Source: an uncultured Saprospiraceae bacterium
GTDB lineage: Bacteria > Bacteroidota > Bacteroidia > Chitinophagales > Saprospiraceae
Assembly (NCBI GenBank): GCA_937926205.1
Contig: CALEYL010000031.1
Location: 34,121-98,120 of the forward strand
DNA length: 64,000 nucleotides
Reading direction: 5' to 3'
A program made the position numbers and the translations under genes. The notes beneath the pieces were generated by a model. It saw nothing but the letters and a program-made list of their open reading frames with translations. It did no database searches and had not been told where the DNA came from. Numbering within the stretch: the first letter of the stretch is position 1; each line of letters opens with the position of its first letter. Below are positions 1-10,800 of this stretch, piece after piece.

Positions 1-887
1 GCATTTGCTCCACTGGATGGTCTGACTCCTCCTGTACCCTGACCGAATTCTGTTTGAAAATCAAAGAAATTCAAAGCTTCCTGCGTGGTATAACTGGAAG
101 AATACTCAACACCAAAGTTTTGATTCAATTTCCCGGATTTAGTCGTGATGATGATGGCGCCGTTGGCTGCTCTGGAACCATAGATTGCAGCAGCAGTCGC
201 ACCTTTTAGCACGGTCATGCTTTCAATGTCATCCGGGTTAATATTGGTTAAGTTATCCCCAAGGTCCCTGGTTTGTCTCGGACCGGCATCGTCGCGGTTT
301 GCCCCCTGGGCGCCCTGGTCAATTGGCAGACCATTGATGACAATAAGAGGTGCGTTGTTTGCTCCTGCAAAAGCTGCCTGGCCGCGTAAACGAATTTGCA
401 TACTGGAACCAGCCCCGGCAGCCGGAGGTGTAATATTCAAACCTGCTACCCGCCCCACAAGGGATTCTACCACGTTTGTGGTCCTGTTTTCCAGGAGCTG
501 GGTTGGATCCACAGTAGTTACGGAGTATCCCAGTTTCTTGGATTCCTTTCGGATACCCAGTGCCGTTACAACGACTTCATTCAAGCCCTGGGCGTCCTCC
601 TCCATGGATACCTCCAGGGTTTTTTCGTTGCCAATTGTAATTTCAATTGGCCGATACCCAATGTAGCTAAAAACTAAAATGCTGCCCGGATTGACAGCAA
701 TCTGGAATGTTCCATCCGTGTCTGAAATGGTACCAGTCAGGCTTTCTTTTACGGTGATATTTACCCCGATGAGGGGAGTTCCTTCTTTGGCAGAAGTCAC
801 TTTACCTGTTATTTGTTGCGCATTTGCTGTTATGAAGCAGCAAAGTATTGCAACAATTAGTAAAATTGGTTTGGTAAGTTTTGTCAT
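1..887 (-). CDS. SusC/RagA-family TonB-dependent outer-membrane receptor, N-terminal part (3' end lies beyond window edge)
   Basis: Not in ORF track because there is no stop in the window. Complement of 885-887 is ATG. Hand translation gives MTKLTKPILLIVAILCCFITANAQQITGKVTSAKEGTPLIGVNITVKESLTGTISDTDGTFQI (signal peptide plus carboxypeptidase-regulatory-like domain), EVVVTALGIRKE (TonB-box-like) and MTVLKGATAAAIYGSRAANGAIIITTKSG (plug). Listed + ORFs 217..903 are antisense shadows. Confidence 0.85.
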   Translation of the reverse strand, partial: MTKLTKPILLIVAILCCFITANAQQITGKVTSAKEGTPLIGVNITVKESLTGTISDTDGTFQIAVNPGSILVFSYIGYRPIEITIGNEKTLEVSMEEDAQGLNEVVVTALGIRKESKKLGYSVTTVDPTQLLENRTTNVVESLVGRVAGLNITPPAAGAGSSMQIRLRGQAAFAGANNAPLIVINGLPIDQGAQGANRDDAGPRQTRDLGDNLTNINPDDIESMTVLKGATAAAIYGSRAANGAIIITTKSGKLNQNFGVEYSSSYTTQEALNFFDFQTEFGQGTGGVRPSSGAN

Positions 888-1376
888 TTACGTAAGGTTT
901 TAAAGTTAGAAAAAGCTATGAGGCTGCTTTTGTCAGCAAATAAAAACTCACTTTTTAAGCTCATTGGTTTTATCAAGTGTTAAAATTACACTTATTTTTT
1001 TTTCCGCCATCACTTTGGCCAATATTTTTTTTAGATTGATCGAATTTTTAGATTTTTCTTCTTCAAATAAAGCCTACAGTGACTTTATCTTTCGCTTTTT
1101 AAAAGGATACCCAAATGAGTAGGAAAGTAAAACTATCATTTTAAAATAGCGAAGGTCATGCGGCTATACAGATTGGGCAGCACGTCGAACAGACAAGTTA
1201 CCGGATGCAGGCCTGTATCCGGTGCTGGTGGGACACCACCTGATTCAGCTCACAGAAAGTGGAAAAAGAGACCTGGCAAAGGTTAAGTAAGTGGCATATC
1301 CAGATATCATGAGCTATGACAATCAATAGCATTACGGGGCAGCCAGGAGCTTATTCGGAAATCTCTCAACCCGGAT

Positions 1377-1793
1377 TTATCCCCATATCGTAAGGAAAAA
1401 TGTGCATATAAATAAGATCAATGCCAAAAGTATACCGGTAAACGGGATGTTAAACCAATATTTCTTTGCCAATGCTAAATAGGTAAGAGCAGTCATAATA
1501 TTAAAGGCAAAAAAGAAAATGTCGTCTTGCAGGATTGAAAAATAGTTGGCTGCTAAATAAATATTCATAATGCCGATAAACATTGCGCCGATGCTGTGAC
1601 TGGCATTAAATCCTATCCAGGCTTTCCAGATTGTTGTCCGCCTGGTCAACAGCGGGAAAGAAGTTTTCATCTCAGTAACTAAATGCTCGTTTTTCGATGA
1701 AAATTTGTCTGTAAAAAAGGTGTAATACAAGTGTAGGCTACCCAGCAACAGGAATATCAAAGCACCTGATTCCAATAAATACATTGCGATCAT
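1377..1793 (-). CDS. small hypothetical membrane protein (about 4 hydrophobic segments)
   Basis: 138-aa ORF with repeated hydrophobic stretches (LLESGALIFLLLGSLHLYY, IGAMFIGIMNIYLAANYF, FFFAFNIMTALTYLAL, FTGILLALILFICTFFLTIW). No family recognised. Confidence 0.55.
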   Translation of the reverse strand: MIAMYLLESGALIFLLLGSLHLYYTFFTDKFSSKNEHLVTEMKTSFPLLTRRTTIWKAWIGFNASHSIGAMFIGIMNIYLAANYFSILQDDIFFFAFNIMTALTYLALAKKYWFNIPFTGILLALILFICTFFLTIWG

Positions 1794-2075
1794 TTCTGCT
1801 TTATTTATGGTAAAAAATTCATTTCAGTATAAAAATAAATACCCCACTGTTGCAGGTGTTTAATATTAAATAAAATCCGAATAATTAAATTCATGTCACA
1901 AATATATCTGCGCCCGGATCGCGTCTCCAAATCTGATGAGTAAACGGCTGAATGGCTTATTCAGCGGTAAGTATTCCCGCTGTATGTGTTTACTATGAAG
2001 CATTGTTTCTTACTTTCGCTTTCCCCTTTTCACCATACCACGACATCATCTCAGACAAGCAAATAACCAGCAGGC

Positions 2076-2693
2076 ATGAACCTACAACAACTCAGACACG
2101 AGCTTCAAAACATCGATATTTACCTGCTCGATCAGATCATGAAAGGCCGGTACCTTCCCGGTGATAAGATACTGGATGCCGGTTGCGGCGGCGGGCGCAA
2201 CTTTTTCTGGTTTTTGAAAAACCACTATGACATTTACGGGGTGGATGTGAATGGTGCAGCACTGGAATCCCTCATGCAAACAGCAAACAGCCTGGGGCTC
2301 ACCATTCCGGCCGATCACCTGAAAACCGGCGACCTTCAATCTCTGGAATTCACTGACGAATGTTTTGATCACGTCATCAGCAGCGCCGTACTTCATTTTG
2401 CAAAAAGCCATGAGGCCTTCCGGCAAATGTTTGCCGAAATGGTTCGGGTTTTAAAGCCCGGGGGCGCCCTTTTCATTCGCATGACTTCCAACATAGGCAT
2501 CGAAAATCTGGTGGATGAAATAGAAAGTGGCGTCCACAACATTCCCGATGGATCAATCCGGTATTTACTCACCAGGTCCATGCTGGACGAAATCATACAG
2601 TTTCACCGGCTGTCCTTCATTGAACCTTTAAAAACGGTGAATGTGGCCGATGAAAGGTGTATGAGTACGCTCGTGTTGCGAAAATCAGATTGA
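2076..2693 (+). CDS. class I SAM-dependent methyltransferase
   Basis: Motif I ILDAGCGGGRN, post-I DIYGVDVN and motif LKPGGALFI. Confidence 0.8.
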   Translation: MNLQQLRHELQNIDIYLLDQIMKGRYLPGDKILDAGCGGGRNFFWFLKNHYDIYGVDVNGAALESLMQTANSLGLTIPADHLKTGDLQSLEFTDECFDHVISSAVLHFAKSHEAFRQMFAEMVRVLKPGGALFIRMTSNIGIENLVDEIESGVHNIPDGSIRYLLTRSMLDEIIQFHRLSFIEPLKTVNVADERCMSTLVLRKSD

Positions 2694-2695
2694 AT

Positions 2696-4480
2696 TCATC
2701 TTTTAATCGTTTCTGTGACAGAACCGCATTTCAGCATTTTATCGCCGAAATAAGGGTTTTTGATTTCCTTATCCAGACTCAGCCAATCGGCGCCGGTATT
2801 GTCATCAGCCATCGGGCAATGTTGTACGTAAATGGCTGATTCGAACGGCCCAAAGGCTTTTGCCAGTGCCAGCATCTGTTCGGAAAGCGGCTTAAACTGC
2901 AGTCTGGCCTCTTCCACGTCTTTGGCAGCTGTCAATTTGTTGAGTGCAGCTACCGCAGCGCTTTGGTGCTTCATCCATTGTTCGTGTTCTTTACCTTTGA
3001 ACAGGCTCATTTTGGTACTTTCAAAGGCTTTTTTCAAGGCTCCGGATTGCGTAACGGCAGTTTTCAGGTCGTCTTTTACCAATGCATCTTTCATGGGAAA
3101 ATAGCGGTCAAATAAGCGCTGAATGGCTTCTTTTGTCTGTTTGCTTACCTCCATGCCATCCGCTGAAGGCTTATTTTCTGAGTGGTTGTGACCAGTCGTT
3201 GCAGTTCCGCCGCCAGGGTTCATCATGCTTGGTTTGCCCGCCAGCTGGGCTGCGGCATCAATGGAAAAGGTACCATTCACAGCAATTTCAGCACCGGGTT
3301 CCAGTCCTTTTTTGATTACATAATTGTCGCCGACCAATGGGCCAAGGGTGACTTCCTGCATCTGAAATCCAACCCCTTTTTCTGTGGACTTTTTCAAATA
3401 AACCACCGAGCGCTCCCCCGTCCACATGACGGCTGACTTAGGCGCCATCAGGCTTTCTTTTTGAGTGGGCAACTGGGTTTTGACGGTGCCGCTGGCAAAC
3501 ATTTCAGGTTTGAGTTTACCGCCGGGATTGGCTATTTCCACCCGGGCCTTTGCCACCCTTGTCGCAGGATTGATGACCGGATCGATGAAAGTGATTTTCC
3601 CGCTGAAGTTTTCGCCGGGCAGCGACTGCACCGTGAATTGTACCATACTGCCCACTTTCGTCCAGGGCAGGTCGCTTTCGTAGACGTCAAAAAGCAACCA
3701 GACTCTGGATAAATCGACGATGTCATATAGCGGCATGCCCCTCATCAGGTAGTCGCCAAGATTTACTCTTTTCTCCAGAACGATGCCGCTGACATCAGCC
3801 TGGATGGGGAATCGCTCCTGCGGTTTGCCTGTGGAAAGGATGTGCTGAATCTGCTGCTCCGTCAGCTTCCAGTTTTTGAGTTTTTGTTTTGCGGCGTTGT
3901 ACAAAGCAGGCTGCATGTCCTTTATTTTCAGGGCAGCAAAAAGCTCTTCCTGTGCGGTGACCAGTTCCGGCGAATAAAGGCTTGCCAGTTTTTGCCCTTT
4001 GCGAACGGGCTCTCCGGTAAAATTGACGGCGAGTTGTTCCACCCTTCCGTCGAGGTGGCTTACCTGCGAGTAGATCAAGCGCTCATCAGGTTGCACCTTG
4101 CCGTTCATGCGTACTTCTTTGGTCGGCATCCCATAGCCGACAACAGCTGTCTGTACATTGGCGAGTTGCATCGCCGTGGCCGACATCCTGATTTCCAATG
4201 GATCTTCATCAGATCCGCTATTGTCGTCCAAGGGGATCAAATCCATTCCGCATATGGGGCATTTACCAGGTTCAGGCTGCCGTATTTGCGGGTGCATGGA
4301 GCAGGTCCAGATCGTAGCCTGAGCAGCATCCGCATTTTCCGTTTCATGCCCTTCGTGGGCAGCCTCAACAGAAGAAGAAGGCTTGGCCAGCCAACCTATG
4401 AGCAAACCCGCTGCCAACATGATGAGGGCCATTATGACTGTCTGACGATTGATTTTCAACTTTTCCATATCGCTGTTCAT
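2696..4480 (-). CDS. efflux RND periplasmic adaptor (CusB-like) with N-terminal heavy-metal-binding domain and C-terminal DUF3347-like domain
   Basis: TM anchor, then WTCSMHPQIRQPEPGKCPICGMDL (HMBD-type Cys motif). Central HlyD/CusB-like barrel-sandwich region. C-terminus has QHCPMADDNTGADWLSLDKEIKNPYFGDKMLKCGS, typical of DUF3347. Confidence 0.85.
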   Translation of the reverse strand: MNSDMEKLKINRQTVIMALIMLAAGLLIGWLAKPSSSVEAAHEGHETENADAAQATIWTCSMHPQIRQPEPGKCPICGMDLIPLDDNSGSDEDPLEIRMSATAMQLANVQTAVVGYGMPTKEVRMNGKVQPDERLIYSQVSHLDGRVEQLAVNFTGEPVRKGQKLASLYSPELVTAQEELFAALKIKDMQPALYNAAKQKLKNWKLTEQQIQHILSTGKPQERFPIQADVSGIVLEKRVNLGDYLMRGMPLYDIVDLSRVWLLFDVYESDLPWTKVGSMVQFTVQSLPGENFSGKITFIDPVINPATRVAKARVEIANPGGKLKPEMFASGTVKTQLPTQKESLMAPKSAVMWTGERSVVYLKKSTEKGVGFQMQEVTLGPLVGDNYVIKKGLEPGAEIAVNGTFSIDAAAQLAGKPSMMNPGGGTATTGHNHSENKPSADGMEVSKQTKEAIQRLFDRYFPMKDALVKDDLKTAVTQSGALKKAFESTKMSLFKGKEHEQWMKHQSAAVAALNKLTAAKDVEEARLQFKPLSEQMLALAKAFGPFESAIYVQHCPMADDNTGADWLSLDKEIKNPYFGDKMLKCGSVTETIKR

Positions 4481-4495
4481 TTTTTGAAATTGATA

Positions 4496-6538
4496 TCAGG
4501 CAATGGTTTTCAACTTGGTTTTTAATAACTGCGCATTAAAAGCGACTACGATGGTACTCAGACTCATGAAAACGGCGCCAACGGCCGGACTGAGCATAAA
4601 AGATGGATACAAAATACCAGCCGCCAGTGGTATCGCCACAACGTTGTAAGCAGTTGCCCAAATGAGGTTTTGAACCATTTTCTGATAAGTTGCCCGGCCA
4701 AACAGGATAAGGTTGGCAATGTCTCCGGGGTCGCTGTTCACCAGAATGATGTCAGCTGTTTCTGCGGCAACATCCGTACCGGAACCGACAGCGATTCCCA
4801 CGTCAGCCTGTGCCAGTGCCGGAGCGTCGTTCACACCATCACCGGTCATGGCGACAAAATGGCCTTCCTGCTGCAGTTTCTTCAACACTTCCACTTTTTG
4901 GTGCGGCAACACTTCAGAAAAGTAGCCATCCAGCCCCAAACGATCACTGACGGCTTTTGCCGTTTTTTCGTTATCGCCGGTCGCCATATACAATTTGATG
5001 CCCTTGCTTCTTAAAACTTTGATGGCCATAGGGCTTTCCTCCCTTACTTTGTCAGAAAGAGAAATAAAGCCTTTGACTGCGCCGTCGGAGACAACGAATA
5101 CGACCGTTTCTGCCTGGTCCGAAACAGCTGCTGCCGGTATTTCTATTTGATGCGTTCTCAAATATCCGGGACTAACGACCAGCCATTTCTTACCATTTAT
5201 TTCTCCCTCTATCCCTTGCCCTGTGATGGTAGAAAATGCTTCGACTTTTTTCAGGGCAATTTCGTTTTCTTTGGCCTTTATCAGAATGCCCTGAGCAATG
5301 GGGTGCTCACTACCCTCTTCCAGTGAAGCGGCGAGGGCGAGTATTTCATTTTCTGAAAATTCACTATCCAGACTTTCAATGCGGTTTACGCCAAATTTAC
5401 CTTCCGTCAAGGTGCCTGTTTTGTCAAAGACCAGCGCCGTAATTTTTCGGGAATTTTCAAAAGCCGTCCGGTTGCGAATGAGCAGACCGTGTTGTGCCGA
5501 AAGTGAAGTGGAAATCGCCACCACCAGCGGAATGGCCAGTCCCAGCGCGTGCGGACAGGAAATAACCATCACCGTAACCATGCGCTCCAGTGCAAAAGCA
5601 AATTCTTTGCCCAAAAACAGCCAAACTGCAAGTGTGCTAAACCCTGCTGTCAGTGCAATGAAAGTCAGCCATTTTGCTGCCTTGTTCGCCAGATTTTGAG
5701 TCTTTGACTTTGTCTTCTGGGCTTCTTCAACAAGAGATATCACTTTGTTCAGGTAGCTCTCTTTGCCCGTTTTGCTCACACTGACCCGGAGTGGCTGCTT
5801 GCCATTGACCGAGCCGCCAATAACGGCATCGCCAACCGTTTTTTTCACCGGGCGGCTTTCGCCGGTTAACATGCTTTCGTCGAGGTAGCTCTCCCCTTCC
5901 GAAATGATTCCATCGGCAGGCAGCTTTTCATGGGCTTTTACCAAAATCAAATCACCGGGCTTTAATTGCTGAACGGGCACATCCATGATGTGATCGCCGT
6001 GAACAAGGTGGGCTTCTGAAGGCATCATTTTCACCAGCAACTCCAGGGCCCGGGAAGCGCCCGCAACTGATTTCATTTCAATCCAATGCCCCAGCAGCAT
6101 GATGACGATGAGCGTGACCAGTTCCCAGTAAAACGACATGCCCTGCAAGCCAAATACAGTTGCAGTACTATAAGCCCAGGCAACGGTTATGGCGACGGCA
6201 ATGAGCGTCATCATGCCGGGGTTTCTGTCTTTCAGCTCATCGAGCAACCCTTTCAGAAATGGATAGCCCCCGTAAAAAAAGACGATGCTCGACAGCACAA
6301 ACGAAAGGTAATCCCTTCCGGGAAAATTAAATTCGTAGCCGAAAAAAAGCTGAATCATCGGCGCCAAAAAGAGTACCGGCAATGAAAGTATGAGGCTTAT
6401 CCAAAACCTTTTTTTAAAATCCTCAATCATGTGTGCATGGTGATTTTGATGCCCCTGCCCTCCATGATTGTTGTGGCCCTCCATGCCTTTATGCTCCTGG
6501 TGGTGATCCTGTGGGTGATTGTGGTGTGTATGATCCAT
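4496..6538 (-). CDS. copB: heavy-metal P1B-type ATPase, CopB-like (His-rich N-terminus, CPH motif)
   Basis: N-terminus MDHTHHNHPQDHHQEHKGMEGHNNHGGQGHQNHHAH. TM motif SCPHALGLA (CPH). Phosphorylation site DKTGTLT. Hinge GDGVNDAPAL. Confidence 0.9.
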   Translation of the reverse strand: MDHTHHNHPQDHHQEHKGMEGHNNHGGQGHQNHHAHMIEDFKKRFWISLILSLPVLFLAPMIQLFFGYEFNFPGRDYLSFVLSSIVFFYGGYPFLKGLLDELKDRNPGMMTLIAVAITVAWAYSTATVFGLQGMSFYWELVTLIVIMLLGHWIEMKSVAGASRALELLVKMMPSEAHLVHGDHIMDVPVQQLKPGDLILVKAHEKLPADGIISEGESYLDESMLTGESRPVKKTVGDAVIGGSVNGKQPLRVSVSKTGKESYLNKVISLVEEAQKTKSKTQNLANKAAKWLTFIALTAGFSTLAVWLFLGKEFAFALERMVTVMVISCPHALGLAIPLVVAISTSLSAQHGLLIRNRTAFENSRKITALVFDKTGTLTEGKFGVNRIESLDSEFSENEILALAASLEEGSEHPIAQGILIKAKENEIALKKVEAFSTITGQGIEGEINGKKWLVVSPGYLRTHQIEIPAAAVSDQAETVVFVVSDGAVKGFISLSDKVREESPMAIKVLRSKGIKLYMATGDNEKTAKAVSDRLGLDGYFSEVLPHQKVEVLKKLQQEGHFVAMTGDGVNDAPALAQADVGIAVGSGTDVAAETADIILVNSDPGDIANLILFGRATYQKMVQNLIWATAYNVVAIPLAAGILYPSFMLSPAVGAVFMSLSTIVVAFNAQLLKTKLKTIA

Positions 6539-6601
6539 TTTAAGTTTGTTAAAAGAATGAAAAATGATGCCCGATTTACTTCATAGGTCACAAAAACCGA
6601 G

Positions 6602-7837
6602 TTAATCCGTTTTCCCTGTCAGGTAATCCAGCTTCACCAGGGTCAACTGATATCCGGTCTGTGCTGAAACTTTTTCCAACCGATATCGGAACAATTGCTG
6701 CTGCATGCGCAACACTTCTTCGAAATCTCTGCCCGCATTGCTGTAGGCCGCCATCTGCAGTTCAATAACCTGCTGTGTTTTCTTCATCTGCGCGTCCAGT
6801 AGTTCAACCATTTGCGCCATCTTTTCCAGTTCGTAGAAAGACATTTCGTACATAGCGGCGAGCTCGTTTGCCATCTCCTTTTTCATATCAGCGTACATGA
6901 GTTGCATCAGGCGGCGCTCCTCAATGGCTGCATTGTATTTTTTGTGCCATATGGGAACAGTCACCGAAAACATGGGCATGATCATATCCCGGCCGGTATT
7001 GGGTGGAAGAACAAGGTCAGTACCTTTTCTTTTGATCAGCGGCATGTATTGCAATCCGGCGCCAATCATTGGCTTTCGCATGTAGCCTGCAACTTCCTGT
7101 TCTGCAATGCTTGCCTGAATTTGTTTGTCGAAAACGGCCAACACCGGGTTGTTGCCAAGCAGGCTGTCGCGACGTGCCTCACCCGCTGGAATGGCTTCAG
7201 GCAGGCTTCCGGAAATGGCAACGGGCAAATGGTCATCCCGGTCAAGCAGACGGTTGAAAGCCACTTCGAGCGGCCTGCGCTTTTGTTCCAGCAGGGCAAT
7301 TTCGGTTGTCACTTCGCCGATCATGATGTCGGCCCTGAGGGCATCCGTCATGGGCGCCTGCCCGTATTGAAATTTACTGGTTGCCAACTCTTTGTCGGTT
7401 TCCAGAAGCCGGAGGTACTCACGTTGAATCCGGATTTGCTCCTCCAGTTCGAATAAAGGATACCAGGCGTTTTTTACTTTGAAAAACAGCTCATTCAGGG
7501 CAACCTGCACCGCCTGGCGTTTCACCGCTGCCATCCGTGCAGCTTCTTCTTCCATGGCGCCAAGCGCTCCGAACCAGGGAAACATCTGCATCGCCGAAAT
7601 GCTGCCCAGCTGATTGCCCATCGGCAACATCATGGGGTTGATGAAAAAAGAAGCATTCACCTGCGGATCCGGCAGTGCTTTTGCCTGTGGGAGTTTTTGC
7701 AACGCAGCCTGAAACTCCGTCTGTTTTGCCTTGATGCCGGGGTTGTTTTCCGCAGCGATTTTCAGATAATCTTCCAGTGTTTGAGCCGATAGGGTCGTGG
7801 ACACAAGGGCCAAAAGAAAGAGAATGAATAAGCGCAT
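6602..7837 (-). CDS. TolC-family outer-membrane efflux protein
   Basis: Start moved to the internal Met (MRLFILFLLALVSTTLSAQ signal peptide). This removes the overlap with the upstream RND gene. The body is a coiled-coil-rich OEP-like sequence. Confidence 0.8.
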   Translation of the reverse strand: MRLFILFLLALVSTTLSAQTLEDYLKIAAENNPGIKAKQTEFQAALQKLPQAKALPDPQVNASFFINPMMLPMGNQLGSISAMQMFPWFGALGAMEEEAARMAAVKRQAVQVALNELFFKVKNAWYPLFELEEQIRIQREYLRLLETDKELATSKFQYGQAPMTDALRADIMIGEVTTEIALLEQKRRPLEVAFNRLLDRDDHLPVAISGSLPEAIPAGEARRDSLLGNNPVLAVFDKQIQASIAEQEVAGYMRKPMIGAGLQYMPLIKRKGTDLVLPPNTGRDMIMPMFSVTVPIWHKKYNAAIEERRLMQLMYADMKKEMANELAAMYEMSFYELEKMAQMVELLDAQMKKTQQVIELQMAAYSNAGRDFEEVLRMQQQLFRYRLEKVSAQTGYQLTLVKLDYLTGKTD

Positions 7838-7865
7838 GGTATTATCTTTTTCAAAATGATTCAAT

Positions 7866-10800
7866 TCAATTTTCATTTTCCTGTCCGTTTTGCGCTGTTT
7901 CAACAGCTCTATTAGCGCGGGCCAGCTGTCTTTTTACCACACCTTCCCGCCAATAGGCCTGCAACACCGGTACCACAAACATGGTCATCAACTGGATGGT
8001 CATGCCTCCAAAAGTCGGAATGGCCATGGGAACCATGATGTCGGCGCCTTTCCCTGTAGAAGTCAGCACGGGCAGCAAGGCGATGATGGCGACAGCGGCG
8101 GTCATCATGGCTGGCCGAACCCTTTTTTTCCCGGCTTCCAAAACGGCGGCACGAACCTCCGGTACGGTGGCAGGCTGCCTTTCTTCAAATACCTGGTGGA
8201 TGTAAGTTCCCATAATCACCCCGTCGTCGGTAGCAATGCCGAAGAGGGCGATAAAGCCCACCCAGACTGCCACACTGAGGTTGATGGGGTGTAATTGAAA
8301 CAGCTCCCGCATGCTCACGTCGGCAATGGAAAAATCCAGAAACCAGTCTTGCCCGTACAACCACAGCATGATGAAGCCGCCGGCGAATGCCACGAACACT
8401 CCGGAAAAGTGGATAGAAGATGCCACAACCGTTTTGAATTGAAAAAACAGCAGCAAAAAGATGGTAATGAGGCTGATGGGAATGACGATGGACAGCCGTT
8501 TCATAGCCCGCAGCTGGTTTTCATAAGTACCTGAAAATTTGAAACTTACACCAGCAGGGATGACCAGACTGCCATTGTCAATCCGCTCCTGGATGAAGCG
8601 CTGTGCTTCTTCCACCACATCCACTTCCGGATAGCCGTCTTTTTTGTCGAGCAGGACATAGCCGGTGAGGAAAGTGTCTTCACTTTTGATCATTTGCGGA
8701 CCGCGAACGTATTCGATTTTAACCAGTTCACCCAACGGCACCTGTGCCCCGACCGGCGTGGGTACGAGCATTTTTTTGATGCTTTCAGGGCTGTCGCGCA
8801 GTTCCCGGGGATAGCGCACGCGCACAGGGAAGCGTTCCCGACCTTCGACCGTAGTCGTTACATTCATGCCGCCAACAGCCGTTTCAATAAAATTCTGAAT
8901 GTCTTCAATGTTGAGGCCATAACGGGCTGCGGCGCCCCGGTCGATATTCAGATGGAGGTAGGGTTTCCCAACAATCCGATCGGCAAAAACGGCTTCGGCT
9001 TTCACAGACGGCACTTCTTTTAAGATGGCTTCGAGTTGCATGCCGAATGTTTCGATGGTTTGAAGATTGGGACCATAGACTTTGATGCCCATAGGGGCGC
9101 GCATACCAGTTTGCAACATGACCAGGCGGGTTTCAATGGGTTGCAGCCTGGGCGCAGAGGTAACCCCGGGAATTTTGGTCACCCGAATAATTTCGTCCCA
9201 GATATCGTCGGGATTCTTGATTTTGGGACGCCAATTCCGGAAATACTGCCCGTCGGGGTCGGGGATCAGATCAGAGGATTTTACTTTTCGCAACAGCGCT
9301 TCCTCATTGCTGAGCGTATCCCCCGAAACAAGAATAAAGCGATCTTTTTTATCCGTTTTAAAAGTTTCCCTTTTTCCATTTTCGTTGATTAAAAATTCAG
9401 GCTTGTAATTGATGAGGTTTTCAAACATGGAAATGGGGGCTGGATCAAGGGCAGTCTCTGCACGGCCTGCTTTTCCAACAGCCAAATCCACTTCGGGGAT
9501 GTTGGCCAGCAACATGTCGAGCTGGGCCACGATCCGCTGGTTTTCTTCCACCCCGGAGTGTGGCATGGAGGTCGGCATCAACAGAAAACTGCCTTCATTA
9601 AGCGATGGCATGAATTCTTTTCCCATGCCCGGGAATTTGTGCAGCATAAAGCTCCAGACTCCGTTCTCCCGCACATTCCAGCCAACCTGATCGAATCCCC
9701 TGGCGACGAAGCCCAGACTCCTGTTCCAACCCAACCAGATGAGCAAGCCAAAAAGTATGGTAAACAAAGGCAGGAGCATAAATTTGCCTTTATTCGCCAG
9801 ACACCATTTTAATACCGGTTCATAAAAATGAACAATGGACATCAGCCCCCCGAGGATGATGCCGAGCAGCACCACCACGAATAAGTAATTGGTCAGGATA
9901 GAATTGTAGTGGCCGAGTGGAACCCATTCTTCCGCCAGAATAAAGGTAGCAACCAGCAGGATAATGGCAATGTTGATGAAGTTCGGCCAGGTACGTCTTT
10001 TCTCCGGCCACCTGTATTCCAACAGGTTGTTGATGCCTATTGCCACCAGCCAAACGGGCAACCAGGTTTTATAAACCAGCGCAAACAGGATGCCTGCGGC
10101 TATCAGGGCTATGTTCCAGACGTTTCGCACCCTTTTTTTATCAAAATTCAGGGACAAAACGAGGTGCGCCAATGCGGGCAATACGACGATGCCGAGTACA
10201 AATGAAGCGCCCAATGCAAAGGTTTTGGTAAAAGCAAGTGGCTTAAACAGCTTTCCTTCAGCGGATTGCATGGCAAAAACGGGCAGAAAACTGACCACTG
10301 TTGTCGCGAGCGCTGTTGTAATGGCGGAAGATACTTCTACCGTCGCCTCGTAGATGACTTCGAGCAGACGTTTTCCCCTCACACCTTCGTTTTCAGGCAT
10401 TTCGAGGTGCCGTATGATGTTTTCCACAAAAACAATACCCACGTCAACCATCACACCGATGGCAATGGCAATACCGGAAAGCGCCACGATATTGGCATCC
10501 ACACCGGCATAACGCATCACAATAAAGGCCATCAGCACCGCGACGGGCAGCATGCTGGATATGAGCAGGGAGGCCCGCAGGTTGAGCACCAGCAAAATGA
10601 CCACGATGATGCTGATGATGATTTCGTGAGAAAGCGCCCGTTCCAGCGTTCCCAGGGTTTCCTGGATGAGTTGGGTGCGGTCGTAAAAAGGCACAAGGGT
10701 AAGTTGACTTACGACGCCATTTGACAGCTTCTTTTTGGGCAGCCCGGGCGCCATTTCTTTGATTTTTTCTTTGACGCCATTGATGACGTGCAGGGGGTTG

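Noticed and set aside
1150-1290. A possible gene fragment ...DWAARRTDKLPDAGLYPVLVGHHLIQLTESGKRDLAKVK with a stop near 1288, and an overlapping 43-codon ATG ORF.
   Set aside because: There is no start codon in the protein-like frame, it is too short, and I recognise no family. It might be a pseudogene remnant, but I cannot support that.
7838-7903. The listed TolC-like ORF start at 7903, which overlaps the RND gene stop.
   Set aside because: The extension (MKQRKTDRKMKIELNHFEKDNT) precedes a textbook signal peptide that starts at Met23, so 7837 is the more plausible start.
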